Positions 52,210-64,000 of a DNA stretch of 64,000 nucleotides are shown here, one piece after another. The DNA is taken from the NCBI RefSeq assembly GCF_001194135.2, contig NC_068981.1:176783966-176847965 (forward strand), written 5' to 3'. The notes under the pieces were generated by a model. That model did no database searches. It saw only the letters and a list, made by a program, of their open reading frames with translations, and was not told the DNA's origin. Every line of letters begins with the position of its first letter. The first letter of the stretch is position 1. This DNA comes from Octopus bimaculoides. Taxonomy: Eukaryota. The position numbers and the translations under genes were made by a program.

Positions 52210-53871
52210 GTATTTCAATATACATACATATATACACTCACTCAAACACAAACTAAGTAGCTAATTTTATTATTAAAGTCTAAAATGCACGAACACTCAC
52301 ACAGATACATACATACGTACATAAATACATACTCTTTTATTCTTTAACTTGTTTCAGTCATTTGACTGTGGCCATGCTGGAGCACCACCTTTAGTTGAAC
52401 AAACTGACCCCAGGACTCATTCTTTTTAAACCTAGTACTCATTCTATTGGTATCTTTTGCCGAACCACTAAGTTATGGGGATGTAAGCACACCAGCATCA
52501 GTTGTTGAAGTGAGGGTGGGGGGGACAAACACAGACACACAAACACATGATCCATGGGAAGAGCCATTTTAACGATGCGTCCTGCCCTACTCTTCGAAAT
52601 GCCTGTGTTGGAATGGGGGTAGCTGATGAAGGAAAATGTTCTCTATGTGTTCTGTACTCTGTTTATTATTACTTTTTTTTGTGAACGTTTTGTTTGCAAT
52701 GTACCCAGATATGCACCTATATATACAGGTAGACGTAGGTATGCACATATATATTTCATGGTCAGGTGGGTGGCGACTAAACCAGCTACCCCACTTGAGT
52801 AGCTTACTACTCTTATAAGTAGGGTGTCAGGACACCAAGCTGGAATATAAACAAGACCTAGGGAAGGATGGATAAGCTCACTGTGGGTCAATGGCTTTCC
52901 AGCAATGGCATACCACCCCAATGTTTCTGTCACGAAAGCATTATGAGAAATGAAGTAATGCTATGGCTTTATCCGCTAGAACTCACGCTTAATCAAAAAG
53001 ACTTTTGTTGTAGTGTCATCAACACTCTGCAAAAGTGTACAATACATGATGACAAAGTGTATTAGCAGTCTCAATATTATAAACTGAACCCATAGTAAAA
53101 TTTTTTCTCTGAATAGGACACAGCATCCTGTAAATTGAATTAGAACTGATATCAAATAAATGAAGAGTTTCAATTCTAACTATTGTACATCTACATGTGT
53201 CATTTATGTTTTCAATCCTGACGTATAAAAGTAAATTATTTAGATACTACATGATAGCTTTCCTTTGATATACTACTCTAAAGTGTTTGATTTTCCTTGA
53301 TTCCTAAATTATCAATTATCTGGCTATATTTTCATAAATGTTTGCATCATTCCATAAACATAATTTAGACACCAAATATTTGTACAAAAATCCAATCATC
53401 AAAACATATTAAATTAATAGATATGATACACTCATATCTAGACATGAATGTTCTTATATATTATAGTTTATTTTTATTTTTATTTATTTATTTTTGTTAA
53501 CCATGAAAAATATTTATCCTTTCCAAGCCTTAAATGTAATTATTCCTTTTCATGAGTATATCAGCATGAAGTCAATATTTCGCTGGTAATAGTTTTAAGC
53601 GCTAACACTTTTCATTGTGTATGGAAGTTTAGCATTGGCCAATGTGCTCACTGCATAATACATTGCACCATTTATTCATTTCCCTTTACAAGACTGTAGA
53701 CAATGAGAGATTAAAATCAAGCTAGATGATAACTTTGTAACACTTTCTTTTTTGCCAAAACTTTGTGTCATATTGGTGTTACCAATTTTATTCTCTATAG
53801 GCTTCAAATTAACATGAGCCATTTAGCCAGTTTACAATATTATTCACTATCTTTGAAAAACTAGCTTGAAT

Positions 53872-54304
53872 CTGAAGGGCCGGTTTCATGGCATATGCAG
53901 GGTGTCCACAAAGTCTGGGTACATGGAGATTAACACATACTTTAAGAAATTATTATTTCTTATAGTTAATTGTTTATGCTATGATTTTATTTACTCCATG
54001 TACCCACATGGGGGGATCAATACATACTTTAAGAAATTATTATTTCTTATATTTAATTGTTTATGTTATGATTTTATTTACTCCATGTACCCAGTCTTTG
54101 TAGACATCCTGTATATTCCCCACCTGAATGGAACACCAGTCCGTCATAGGATTAATCATTTTTTGCCAGCTGAGTGGACCAGCTGAGCAACGTGAAATGA
54201 AGTCTTTTGCTCAAGGACACAACATATCACCCGGTTCAGGAATCAAAACCACTACCTTATGATCCTGAGTCCAACACCCTAACCACTAAGCTACACGGTT
54301 CCAC
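53872..54304 (-). mobile_element. Group B SINE (head 2 + tail x) interrupted by a MITE
   Basis: Matches 26860-27093 on both sides of the 53898-54111 insertion. Confidence 0.8.
53898..54111. mobile_element. Tc1/mariner-type MITE with an internal tandem duplication of about 85 bp
   Basis: TIRs CAGGGTGTCCACAAAGTCTGGGTACATGGAG / CTCCATGTACCCAGTCTTTGTAGACATCCTG, with TG on the left and TA on the right. Confidence 0.85.
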
Positions 54305-54547
54305 TTACATTTTTGTAGGCTTAAGCTGATTTATAATTAATAGTCAACAGTTTAGTAGAGTTAGTGATCATATACTTAAAGGTGACACCAATCTTAAGCT
54401 ATATGTATGCTTATGTGTGTTTTCTGTTCGTGACAATTTATGATTGAAATGTACACAAAATTGTTAATTACTTTAAAACAATAATTAATTGGTTAAGTAG
54501 ATCAAAATACTGCATCAGTACCTTCATTCTATCAAACTGAAATGGAT

Positions 54548-55110
54548 ACTCTTTTATACTCTTTTACCTGTTTCAGTCATTTGACTGTGGCCATGCTGGA
54601 GCACTGCCTTTAGTCAAGCAAATCGACCCCAAATTTACATACAAAGAATAAGTCTTGGGGTCGATTTGCTCGACTAAAGGCGGTGCTCCAGCATGGCCAC
54701 AGTCAAATGACTGAAACAGGTAAAAGAGTATAAATGAGTATCCATTTCAGTTTGATAGAATGAAGGTACTGATGCAGTATTTTGATCTACTTAATCTAGT
54801 ACTTATTCTATCGGTGTCTTTTGGCGAACCGCTAAGTTACGGGGACGTAAACACACCAGCATCGGTTGTCAAGCGATGTTGGGAGGACAAACACAGACAC
54901 ACAAACATATACACACAAATACATATATATATATATATACATATATACGATGGGCTTCTTTCAGTTTCCATCTACCAAATCCACTCACAAAGCTTTGGTC
55001 AGCCCGAGGCTATAGTAGAAGACACTTGCCCAAGGTGCCACGCAGTGGGACTGAATCTGGAACCATGTGGTTGGTAAGCAAGCTACTTACCACACAGCCA
55101 CTCCTGAGCC
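54548..55110 (-). mobile_element. Group A SINE containing an inverted duplication
   Basis: Tail and head are on the minus strand, with a plus-oriented copy of the tail and flank inserted at 54641-54794. Confidence 0.88.
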
Positions 55111-55650
55111 TACTATTAACTATTGAATGATAGATATCAGAAGAGCTTCCTCTTTTAGAAATCTAAATATATATATAACATGGAGCACTACCAGTAAGAT
55201 CTATGAGAATTTGGTTAGTGACTTAGTTTGATTTCTAGTGAACACTGTAATGTTTTCCCTTCTTCTAACATTTGCAAACAATATCTAACTGAAAAATTAT
55301 CAATGTACTAGATTACAATACTTTAGAGCTGGAAAATCTTTAGCTAAGCTGATAACAGACAGTGATATTATTTTCATGTAAAGCTTAATTGATGCATTTT
55401 TATCATGATCAAATCTTGATCTGTCCAATATATAAATGTTCTAAATATATTTCGTGATAATATATGAAATTCTGTTTAAAATTACACTCACATATTATGC
55501 TAAATAGAATTTAAGAAAACCTTTTGACAATTCATTAGAAATAATCTTAGTCTGTTTGTTTAAGAAGTTCACTTCCCAACCACACAGTTTTGGATTCAGT
55601 CTCACTGCATGTCACCTTATTATGTTATTTTGACCATTTAGTATTTAAAC

Positions 55651-55893
55651 CATTGGTTCTCAACCAGGATCCAAATGAGCCTTAGGGGTCAGTATAAGAT
55701 TCTGTGGTTAAAATTTATGTGGAATAAATTGGTTATACTTCAACAATACACAAAAAATTTTAATTATTTTTTATACAGTTCTTAATAATATTTAATTATA
55801 AAAATATAAGATTTTAAACATCAACATAAGGGGCCCCCTGAAAAAAATAGGAATCAAAGGGGTTCATAGGTAAAAAATGGGTAAGAACTACTG
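55651..55893. mobile_element. hAT MITE nested in a piggyBac-like MITE
   Basis: Ends CATTGGTTCTCAACC and GGGTAAGAACTACTG. Left TSD ATTTAAAC; right ATTTAA is truncated. Confidence 0.7.
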
Positions 55894-56182
55894 ATTTAAT
55901 ATTCTACCTGTTTTATGTTCAAACTAGCCAGATCTGGCCTCTTGCATCTACCCAACAATGTAATTCTAAAACTGAACAATCACATTATCAAATTTACAAG
56001 ATAATGCCGAGTTAATTGAAAACAATGTTAATATGTAAGCATTACATTTGACAGAGTAACTTTGATGTTAAAAGGTTAAAGAAGAAAATGTGAAGTCATT
56101 CCAGTGGATTGTTCCCTTCAATTACTGTATGAAGATGGTCATAAACTTTCAAACTGATCCAGTAGGTTACAGAGTTCCTTAA

Positions 56183-56399
56183 CCCTTTAGTTACTGTATT
56201 CATTTTCAGATGCTCTGTGTTTCTTTCAATTGCTTTAATAACAAAGAATTTAGTAAAATAACTTAGTTATCATTCAGCTAGTGTTAGGAATATAAATTGT
56301 GACTAAGGTTTGGTGGAAGATTTTAATTCAAAACTTATGAAAACAAGACATTTGTACTCAGAGCCAGAGCCAGTTTCAGCCTGGTTGGTAACGAAAGGG
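56183..56399. mobile_element. Second piggyBac-like MITE family
   Basis: TTAA|CCCTTTAGTTAC...GTAACGAAAGGG|TTAA. Confidence 0.8.
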
Positions 56400-56559
56400 T
56401 TAATGAGAAAATTAAATAGCAGTTTTGAATGGTCAGTTAACTGTCAGTGGATTTTGCATGGTAGTTATTATATCGTTAATTTTATCAGATAAAGGCATTT
56501 TCATTGACTGGTCCCCATGTTCATCTATTAGCCCTGTAAGCTGAGTGACAGTGTGTGCC

Positions 56560-56899
56560 TGTAGTAACGCCGTGTGCATGCATAGTCTTACGCATGCGTG
56601 GAATTAAACAAGCAAGCGTTCCCGCTCAATTCATTCTCTTTTACAGTCGGCCGACCATGAGCATGGACGTGTCAAGAGTGTCTCTAACATTCCAACCTGG
56701 AGACAGTCTCTTTACGTGTATAGCTGTCACTCTCCATCTTTCGGACTTACACTCGACAGCTCGCTTACATCTACATAACGTCCCGACAACTATACTCACA
56801 CACATAGAAGCTGTAACAACAAGAGCTAAAGATGTATATATTTACCACCTGAATAAATGTTGTTTAAGTTGATAGTCTGGAGTTCAGCGTTTCGTTATA
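56560..56899 (+). mobile_element. Probable solo LTR
   Basis: CpG-rich island starting TGTAGTAACG, with AATAAA near 56851 and ending CGTTATA (partial inverted match to the start). No terminal CA or TSD could be confirmed. Confidence 0.45.
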
Positions 56900-57487
56900 T
56901 TCTCTAATTTTATATAGGAAAGTCAGGTATACATCTAATGATGTATAACCAACTTTCCTATATGCCTAAGCAAAAGTAACCAGCATTAGTCTATTCACTT
57001 GAGTTAGCTTTTACTGAAAATAACAACCCTTTTCACTTACTGATGAAGAAGTAAATAAACAAAACCCTATACATCTCATTACACTATCGTCTGTGGTGTT
57101 TCTGGTTTCAGTGTTCTTTATTCCCCTGCTTTATGACCAAAGCAAAATATTCAGGGATATTAATAAACTACATCAAATCATTTTCCAATATGTTTTTCAT
57201 TCCAATTGTGGTTGTGGTTATAAGATTGGCCAGTTCTGATTGGATTATCTTTTATATCACTGCATGGCTGTTTCATTTTTTTACATCCCAATGTAGGTGG
57301 GAGGTGCGAATCAACAGGAATTGAAACAATGGCTGCATTGTTGGGAAAGGCATGATGACACTGAGTCAACTTCCTAAATAATGAAATGCTGTTTGTTGTT
57401 TGTGATAACACCAAGAGTGTTGTCACCATCATTGCAATCATCACCACCACCACCATGAAAGAAATTTCATATATATATATATAAGAT

Positions 57488-57535
<48 letters not shown>

Positions 57536-58290
57536 CATCATCATCATCATCATTGTTTAATGTCCACTTTCCATGCTAGCATGGGTTGGACAATTTGACT
57601 GTGGACTGGTGAACCAGATGGTTACACCAGGCTCCAATCTGATTTTCCAGAGTTTCTACAGCTGGATGCCCTTCCTTATGCCAACCACTCCAAGAGTGCA
57701 GTGAGTGCTTTTACGTGCCACCGGCATGAAGGCCAGTCATGCGGTACTGGCAACAGTCATGCTCAAAATGGTGTATTTTACGTGCCACCTGCACGGGAGC
57801 CAGTCCAGCGGCACTGGCATCGACCTCGCTCGAATGTCTTTTCACGTGCCACTGGCACAACGCTGGTAATGATCACGCTCAAATGGTGCTGTTTACGTGC
57901 CACTGGCACGGAAGCCAGACAGCTGTTCTGGCAATGATCACGCTCGAACGGTGCTCTTAGCGCTCCACTGGTACAGGTGCCATCACAATTTCACTTTCAC
58001 TTACCCCAACAGGTCTTCACAAGCCGAGTTTAGTGTCCAATGAAGGAGAGGTTGGCATGGGTGCCAGTCGTCGAATTCGGTTCGATTTTGATTTCATTTG
58101 CCTCAACAGGTCTTCAATAGTGGAGTTTAGTGTCCAATGAAGGAAAGGTACTCATATTTCCAAAGGTCTCGGTCACAAGTCATTGCCTCGGTGAGACCTA
58201 ATGTTAGAAGGTCGTGCTTCACACCTCATCCCAGGTCTTCCTGGGTCTGTCTCTTCCACAGGTTCCCTCAAGCGCGAAGGTGTGGCACTA
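57536..58290 (-). mobile_element. RTE-clade LINE 3' end: ORF C-terminus, long repetitive 3' UTR and (GAT)n tail
   Basis: Reads CHTFALEGTCGRDRPRKTWDEV*KHDLLTLGLTEAMTCDRDLWKY, the GRGRPRKTW-type RTE C-terminus. Confidence 0.9.
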
Positions 58291-59031
58291 TATAAATTAA
58301 GCAGAAAATGGAGAAAATTTTTGATCAACAAATAAAGTGACTACCGTCGGTTATTATTCTTTTTTAATTCAAAATTTTAACATTGCTAACAGCTGTTTCA
58401 GCTACCTATGATAGTTGGTGCTGCCAAGGAAAATTATGAGAATAATATTTGTCATATTTTATAGCACATCTGATCTGGTACATGGAGTTTCATCAGAGTG
58501 AAGACAAATACATAAAATGAAAAAAGACGAGAGGAAAGAAGAGGGCCTCTCATATATATATATNNNNNNNNNNNNNNNNNNNNNNNNNNNNNNNNNNNNN
58601 NNNNNNNNNNNNNNNNNNNNNNNNNNNNNNNNNNNNNNNNNNNNNNNNNNNNNNNNNNNNNNNNNNNNNNNNNNNNNNNNNNNNNNNNNNNNNNNNNNNN
58701 NNNNNNNNNNNNNNNNNNNNNNNNNNNNNNNNNNNNNNNNNNNNNNNNNNNNNNNNNNNNNNNNNNNNNNNNNNNNNNNNNNNNNNNNNNNNNNNNNNNN
58801 NNNNNNNNNNNNNNNNNNNNNNNNNNNNNNNNNNNNNNNNNNNNNNNNNNNNNNNNNNNNNNNNNNNNNNNNNNNNNNNNNNNNNNNNNNNNNNNNNNNN
58901 NNNNNNNNNNNNNNNNNNNNNNNNNNNNNNNNNNNNNNNNNNNNNNNNNNNNNNNNNNNNNNNNNNNNNNNNNNNNNNNNNNNNNNNNNNNNNNNNNNNN
59001 NNNNNNNNNNATAAATAAGGAGAGAAGAAAG

Positions 59032-59102
<71 letters not shown>

Positions 59103-60054
59103 CATATGGTAATTACTGTAATGTCCAACTATCAGATTGTCAACAATAGATAGTTGTAACAATGATAAATCTAAGTAATTAAACTAAAGCTTTGCTGTTG
59201 ATTCAGTCTAGAATAAATTTACACAATTCAATATCAACTCAGTAGTTTTAAAACGCTGCTATTTATCACCTGTTGATTTCATTAATGCTGAACTTGTTTA
59301 TGTTATTCATCTAAGTATAATATAACAAGTTTTGCTATCACTAGTAATATTTTGTTATAAAACATGATGGGTTGGGTGTCATGATTGATGATACAGTAAG
59401 TACTCTGCTAATTCCACAACAGCTCCAGTTTTAATTCAAAGCCATGGAATACTTGCAATATAAACATCATAGAAAAAAACAAATTATGAATATTGCAAGC
59501 TCTTGTTCCACACCCTAGATTTTTATGCTTTTCATGCTAATGTGAGCAACCACTGTTGATAAAAAGAAGAGGAGAGTGTTTGTTAGAACACTATAGAAAT
59601 GTTAGGAGTTTAGAAATGTGAAGAGGAGAGCTTCTTTAAATATTACACCAATAGCGTTATTGAAGAAATTTCATTTAGATTTTACTTATTGATCTTCCTA
59701 TTCATGACCAATATGATGTTCCTGGTGGTAATTATAAGAATAATACCATACAAAGATCTCCATGGATGAAAGATTAAAAACATAGTTATTTCTCATATTA
59801 AATTCAAGAGCTTATTGGCTGGGGTTCACATGTATAGAATTTCCTATAGAATTTCCAAATGAAAGTCAGGAAAGTATTTGTATTTTGTTCAGTCTAGTGG
59901 TTTTAATTTGGACTCTTTATATTTAATTTCTCTTGGTTCTGTTCAAAAGACCCTTTAATTTTACTAAAGGTATAACCAAAACATTACACATATATCACTT
60001 ATATTATCGTGAATAAGTTTCATCAGCAGTAATATAAATTTTCTTCCTAAACAG

Positions 60055-60219
60055 ATGTCTTGCCAGTCACATCGGTACAGTTCCATCGGTTGTGTTTGAG
60101 CAACAAACAGCAGGTGGGATCCTTACTCAAACATCAATCTGAGATTTTGTAATTGCACCACTGCGGAAATGATCTGGTTTTTCAATGCAAATTTTGAATC
60201 AATTGATGTTTTCAGTCAG
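60055..60219 (+). CDS. Candidate exon; either a 60-nt open version (donor CAG|gtggga) or a 165-nt version with one in-frame TGA
   Basis: Acceptor ttttcttcctaaacag and a GC-richer island. The long version reads MSCQSHRYSSIGCV*ATNSRWDPYSNINLRFCNCTTAEMIWFFNANFESIDVFSQ. Confidence 0.3.
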
Positions 60220-60853
60220 GTTTCTAGCTTTCAAAATATATATATATATATATAGAAAGAAACAAAAGAAACAAAAAAAAAAAGAAACCAATGTAAATTA
60301 TAAGATCATTGTTCTTTATCAACTGCACTTGTTCACTCATTTCAGGGTTTTTTTTTTTTTTTAATTTAATTTCCATAATAGTGTTAATCTATTTCCATAG
60401 TTTTTATATATAATCTGATCACAGCATGATGCAATGTTTTTGGTATATTTGTGAACATAAAATGTCCTTCCTAACCCTCTTAGAAGTGCTGAAAGATATT
60501 TGAATAACTATAGCTGCTTATGTTATCACAATTTAGNNNNNNNNNNNNNNNNNNNNNNNNNNNNNNNNNNNNNNNNNNNNNNNNNNNNNNNNNNNNNNNN
60601 NNNNNNNNNATATGTGTGTGTTTTACAGGCATTTATTTATTAATTTTTGCCTCTCAAAGTTTACAGAAGTGATGGTATATAAAACAGGCTAAATTATGTT
60701 GCTGAAATAGAATTATTTTGTTTAGCAAATAATTTAATAATAAAATGAAATAAAATTTGATGACAAGAGAATATGTAAAACTTCAAATATTTTCTTAAAT
60801 TTCATGGAAGTTCATTATAACTAAATCCAGAGTAGTACAATATAATTCAGTAC

Positions 60854-60900
<47 letters not shown>

Positions 60901-61101
60901 GCACAAGTACCAGACTTCAAGATAAATACTAAAATCAATATGATTAACTGCAAGACTGCAATTTAATAACTGAAACAAAGAAAAGGATATAAATACACAC
61001 ACACACACACACACACACACTTACACACACATACTCACACACACACATACCTATATCGGTTTGATGAGGCAAGCAGGAAAAATAGAACTCAAAACATTAG
61101 T

Positions 61102-61138
<37 letters not shown>

Positions 61139-61242
61139 GAAGACACTTGCCCAAGTTGCCTTGCAGTAGAACTGAACCTGAAACTACATGGCTGGGATGT
61201 GAAATTCTGAACCATACAAACTTGCCTGCACAAATGTGTACA

Positions 61243-61318
<76 letters not shown>

Positions 61319-62904
61319 CACACATACACACAAAATTTGGTAAGTGTATAGCTTTATTTTGAAGAATCTTATTCAAGAGGCAACTTTTATGTGGCTTACT
61401 CTAGCATGGTTTAGTTGCATGTATTAATGATTATTTATTTATACTTATGCACAAGTTATCAGCATGAAAATGTTTGAATACTGTCGCTTTGAGATTTGAA
61501 AATATGATACAAAATTCAATACTGAACTTGTAATCTTCTGATTTTAACTTTGATAGATTATCAAAGTGAAAGACCAAAGGAAGTAAGATTTTATTCCATG
61601 TTGCTATTGTTTTTACTTATGGCAGTTAATGCCTTCTAAATCACGAAGGTCACTAGTAAAATAATCAGTCTGCAGCAAATTTCTTTGAGTTATATACAGC
61701 TAGTAATAAAAGGGTGAAATGAAAACAATAAATAAGGAAGGATAAGCATGGAGATTGTTCCAAGAATTTATAGATTTTTCTCGTTTGGTCAATAGATTTA
61801 TATAAGAGTACCCAGTTGTGTGAGTAATCTAACATTGGGAGGTCAACTTTAATCACTGGATGTCCAGGGGTTATCAGTTGTGAATAGAATTTGTTGTAGT
61901 AGGGAGCAAGATGAGAAAAGAAAGGACAGAGAAAGGGAGACAGAGAGAGAGAAAGGAAAGAAGGGCAGAGTGAGGGAGAAGAGAAAGACAGAGAGTAAAA
62001 GAAATAATACAAATGTTAAAATACCATGATGATATCCACTGAATCTGAACTGACACTGAGATGATTGTGTGAAAATTAGCAGGAGTGATAAGAATGGCTC
62101 TGCTCCACTCCAGTGATTAACTTCAGAAATGAACAATACTTGAAGCAAAAATTTTTTTTTTTTAATCTGGAAAACAATATGAAAACTTATTGTTATTTTT
62201 GTCGTCTTTATTCCTTGACATCATAATTTTTCTCGAGTATCTATAATGATTAAATATTACTCTTCTACTCTTTTACTTGTTTCAGTCATTTGACTGTGGC
62301 CATGCTGGAGCACCGCCTTTAGTCAAGCAAATCGACCCCTGGACTTATTCTTTGTAAGCCTAGTACTTATTCTATCTGTCTCTTTGGCAGAACCACTAAG
62401 TTACGGGGACGTAAACACACCAGCATCGGTTCTCAAGCGATGTTGGGGGACAAACACAAACATATACACACACACACATTGGTTATTTTTCATATTTAGA
62501 TTTTATATTGGTTATTTTTCATATTTAGATTTTATTTGGCACTACTCCTCAAGAGTTGTCAATCTGCTGAAGGTGTATTTAATTTCATTTCAAGTTTGCA
62601 TTTCTTCTAATCAAGTTATCAACTCTTAATACAAGCGTTACGAATTTTGGTGACAAAAGTGTGATCTCAACTCAGGACCTACTGAGCCAAAACATGTTGA
62701 CCTCAGCAGGATTTGAACTCAGAGCACAAAGAATCAAAACAAATACAGCAAAGCCTTGTATCCGATGCTCAAACCTGGTACATGGTACTTACTTTACTTA
62801 TGCAAGCACATCACTCCCTACAGAGTATAAGCCATTGACAACTTCTTTCTGCTGTTCCAAGTCTTGTTGAGTTTGAATTATCATTGATGCTTTTGTAACT
62901 TTGC

Positions 62905-63110
62905 TTTTCTTCTAGGTAGGGGTTTTAGCCTAACATAAACCCATTTTTACCTCTGAGGAAAGGTGATCCACCTTAGTATGGCCTCTATCCTTTCTCTTCT
63001 CTACCATGGGAGGTCCTACTAGGAAATTGCACTCCACTGGCATAGCTCTCAGTGTCATCGAGATACACAAGCCACCAGACCATGGCAAGAACTGGACCAT
63101 GTGGTGGATG
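62905..63110 (-). mobile_element. RTE (Expander-like) 5' UTR fragment
   Basis: GGCTTGTGTATCTCGATGACACTGAGAGCTATGCC...CCTAGTAGGACCTCCCATG resembles the conserved RTE 5' UTR. Confidence 0.55.
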
Positions 63111-64000
63111 GTACATGGCATAGAGTACTACATGAGAAATCAAATCCATGTAGTGTTTGTTCATTTCCTAATCATAAAACTAAATATTTTCTAAAAGAGA
63201 TGGTAGCATTCATGCTTTCTCCAGAGGAATTAACACTGTAAATTATTTGAAATGGGGATTGCATTTCAGTTAAAACCAGATTGTTGTGACAGCTTATCAG
63301 GAGCTTGTTTACTCTACATTACAGCACTTTGGCACCTCAATATAATAATAGCCATTAATTGTAGCTCGGTTTATGACTGAACAGATTATAGGATCTGTTG
63401 CTTTCATCTTTGTATTTTGTATTGTTGTTGCTGTGGTGGTGGCTGTTATGTAGGTAATTACTTTCTTTCAATTTAATTTTATCTATAATTGTGTGTGTAT
63501 GTGTGTGTATGAGTGCATGTGCTTACATGTGTATGCACCCATCCACTATTCCTTTCAACATCTACTATTCTCTGTTGTCGTCTCCCCTACTTAGTTCCAT
63601 ATCCACTTAACCGTGTCTTTTAATCAATATACTAAAATGCAGTTATTTGTGAATAATGTCTGCTGATCACTTTCTTGCTGCAGCTTTGCAGACATTTAAT
63701 GTTAGATATACAACTGAACTAAAGAAATCATTTCCTTTATTTGCAACATATTTTATCACCAATGGAATTCAATTTGTTCAGATTTATTCAAATTAACCAC
63801 AATCCAATACAGTAGCATATTTCAAAGATTGCAGAATAATGCTACCTAGATGTTGAGTTAATTCCAGGTCACTCACATGTTCATTATGATAATACTCGCA
63901 CACACGTATATAATGTAAATATATCTGCATATCTATATTCATATAACAAATATATGCGGTATTTAACACACACCCACACACGCACATATATTCTTTTATT

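Noticed and set aside
52545-52640. Possible third hammerhead (GAAGAG..CTCTTC-GAAA-TGCCT-GTGTT, with CTGATGAAGG nearby)
   Set aside because: There is no CUGANGA in the correct position before the stem, and the CTGATGA downstream has no following GAAA.
52868-53065. ORF MDKLTVGQWLSSNGIPPQ... resembling the start of a SAM domain
   Set aside because: Similarity covers only the first helix, an in-frame stop lies just upstream, and no convincing splice sites are present.
57700-57970. Regularly spaced palindromic repeats resembling a CRISPR array
   Set aside because: The spacers are related to each other, the block is part of a multicopy RTE 3' UTR, and there are no cas genes in this eukaryotic context.
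28697-60115. Identical 17-mer AGCAACAAACAGCAGGT in two exon candidates (28697-28713 and 60099-60115)
   Set aside because: One 17-nt low-complexity match within 64 kb is not far from chance, and the flanks do not align.

Overview
AT-rich, repeat-dense eukaryotic non-coding DNA with ten N-gaps, most bordered by microsatellites. The repeat families (tRNA-headed SINEs, RTE tails ending in (GAT)n, abundant (CA)n/(TA)n/(ATT)n) suggest a coleoid cephalopod, probably Octopus; this is an inference. No complete, identifiable protein-coding gene is visible. Most ORFs in the supplied track are translations of microsatellites, gaps or transposon remnants. The window contains: three tRNA-derived SINE groups with shuffled heads and tails; many 5'-truncated RTE LINE copies; an R4/Dong-type LINE fragment sitting in a (TAA)n tract; mariner/Tc1, hAT and piggyBac-like non-autonomous elements, several nested with intact TSDs; a probable solo LTR; and a few short candidate exons of an unidentified host transcript, including a well-formed 9-nt microexon candidate. 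The most interesting feature is at 10513-10996: a head-to-head dimer flanked by an 11-bp TSD, whose unit is a tRNA-like head, an (AAT)n linker and a tail folding as a Penelope-type minimal hammerhead ribozyme. It may be a SINE mobilised by Penelope-like elements. A second, unrelated hammerhead-like motif lies in the inverted/tandem duplication at 3990-4318.
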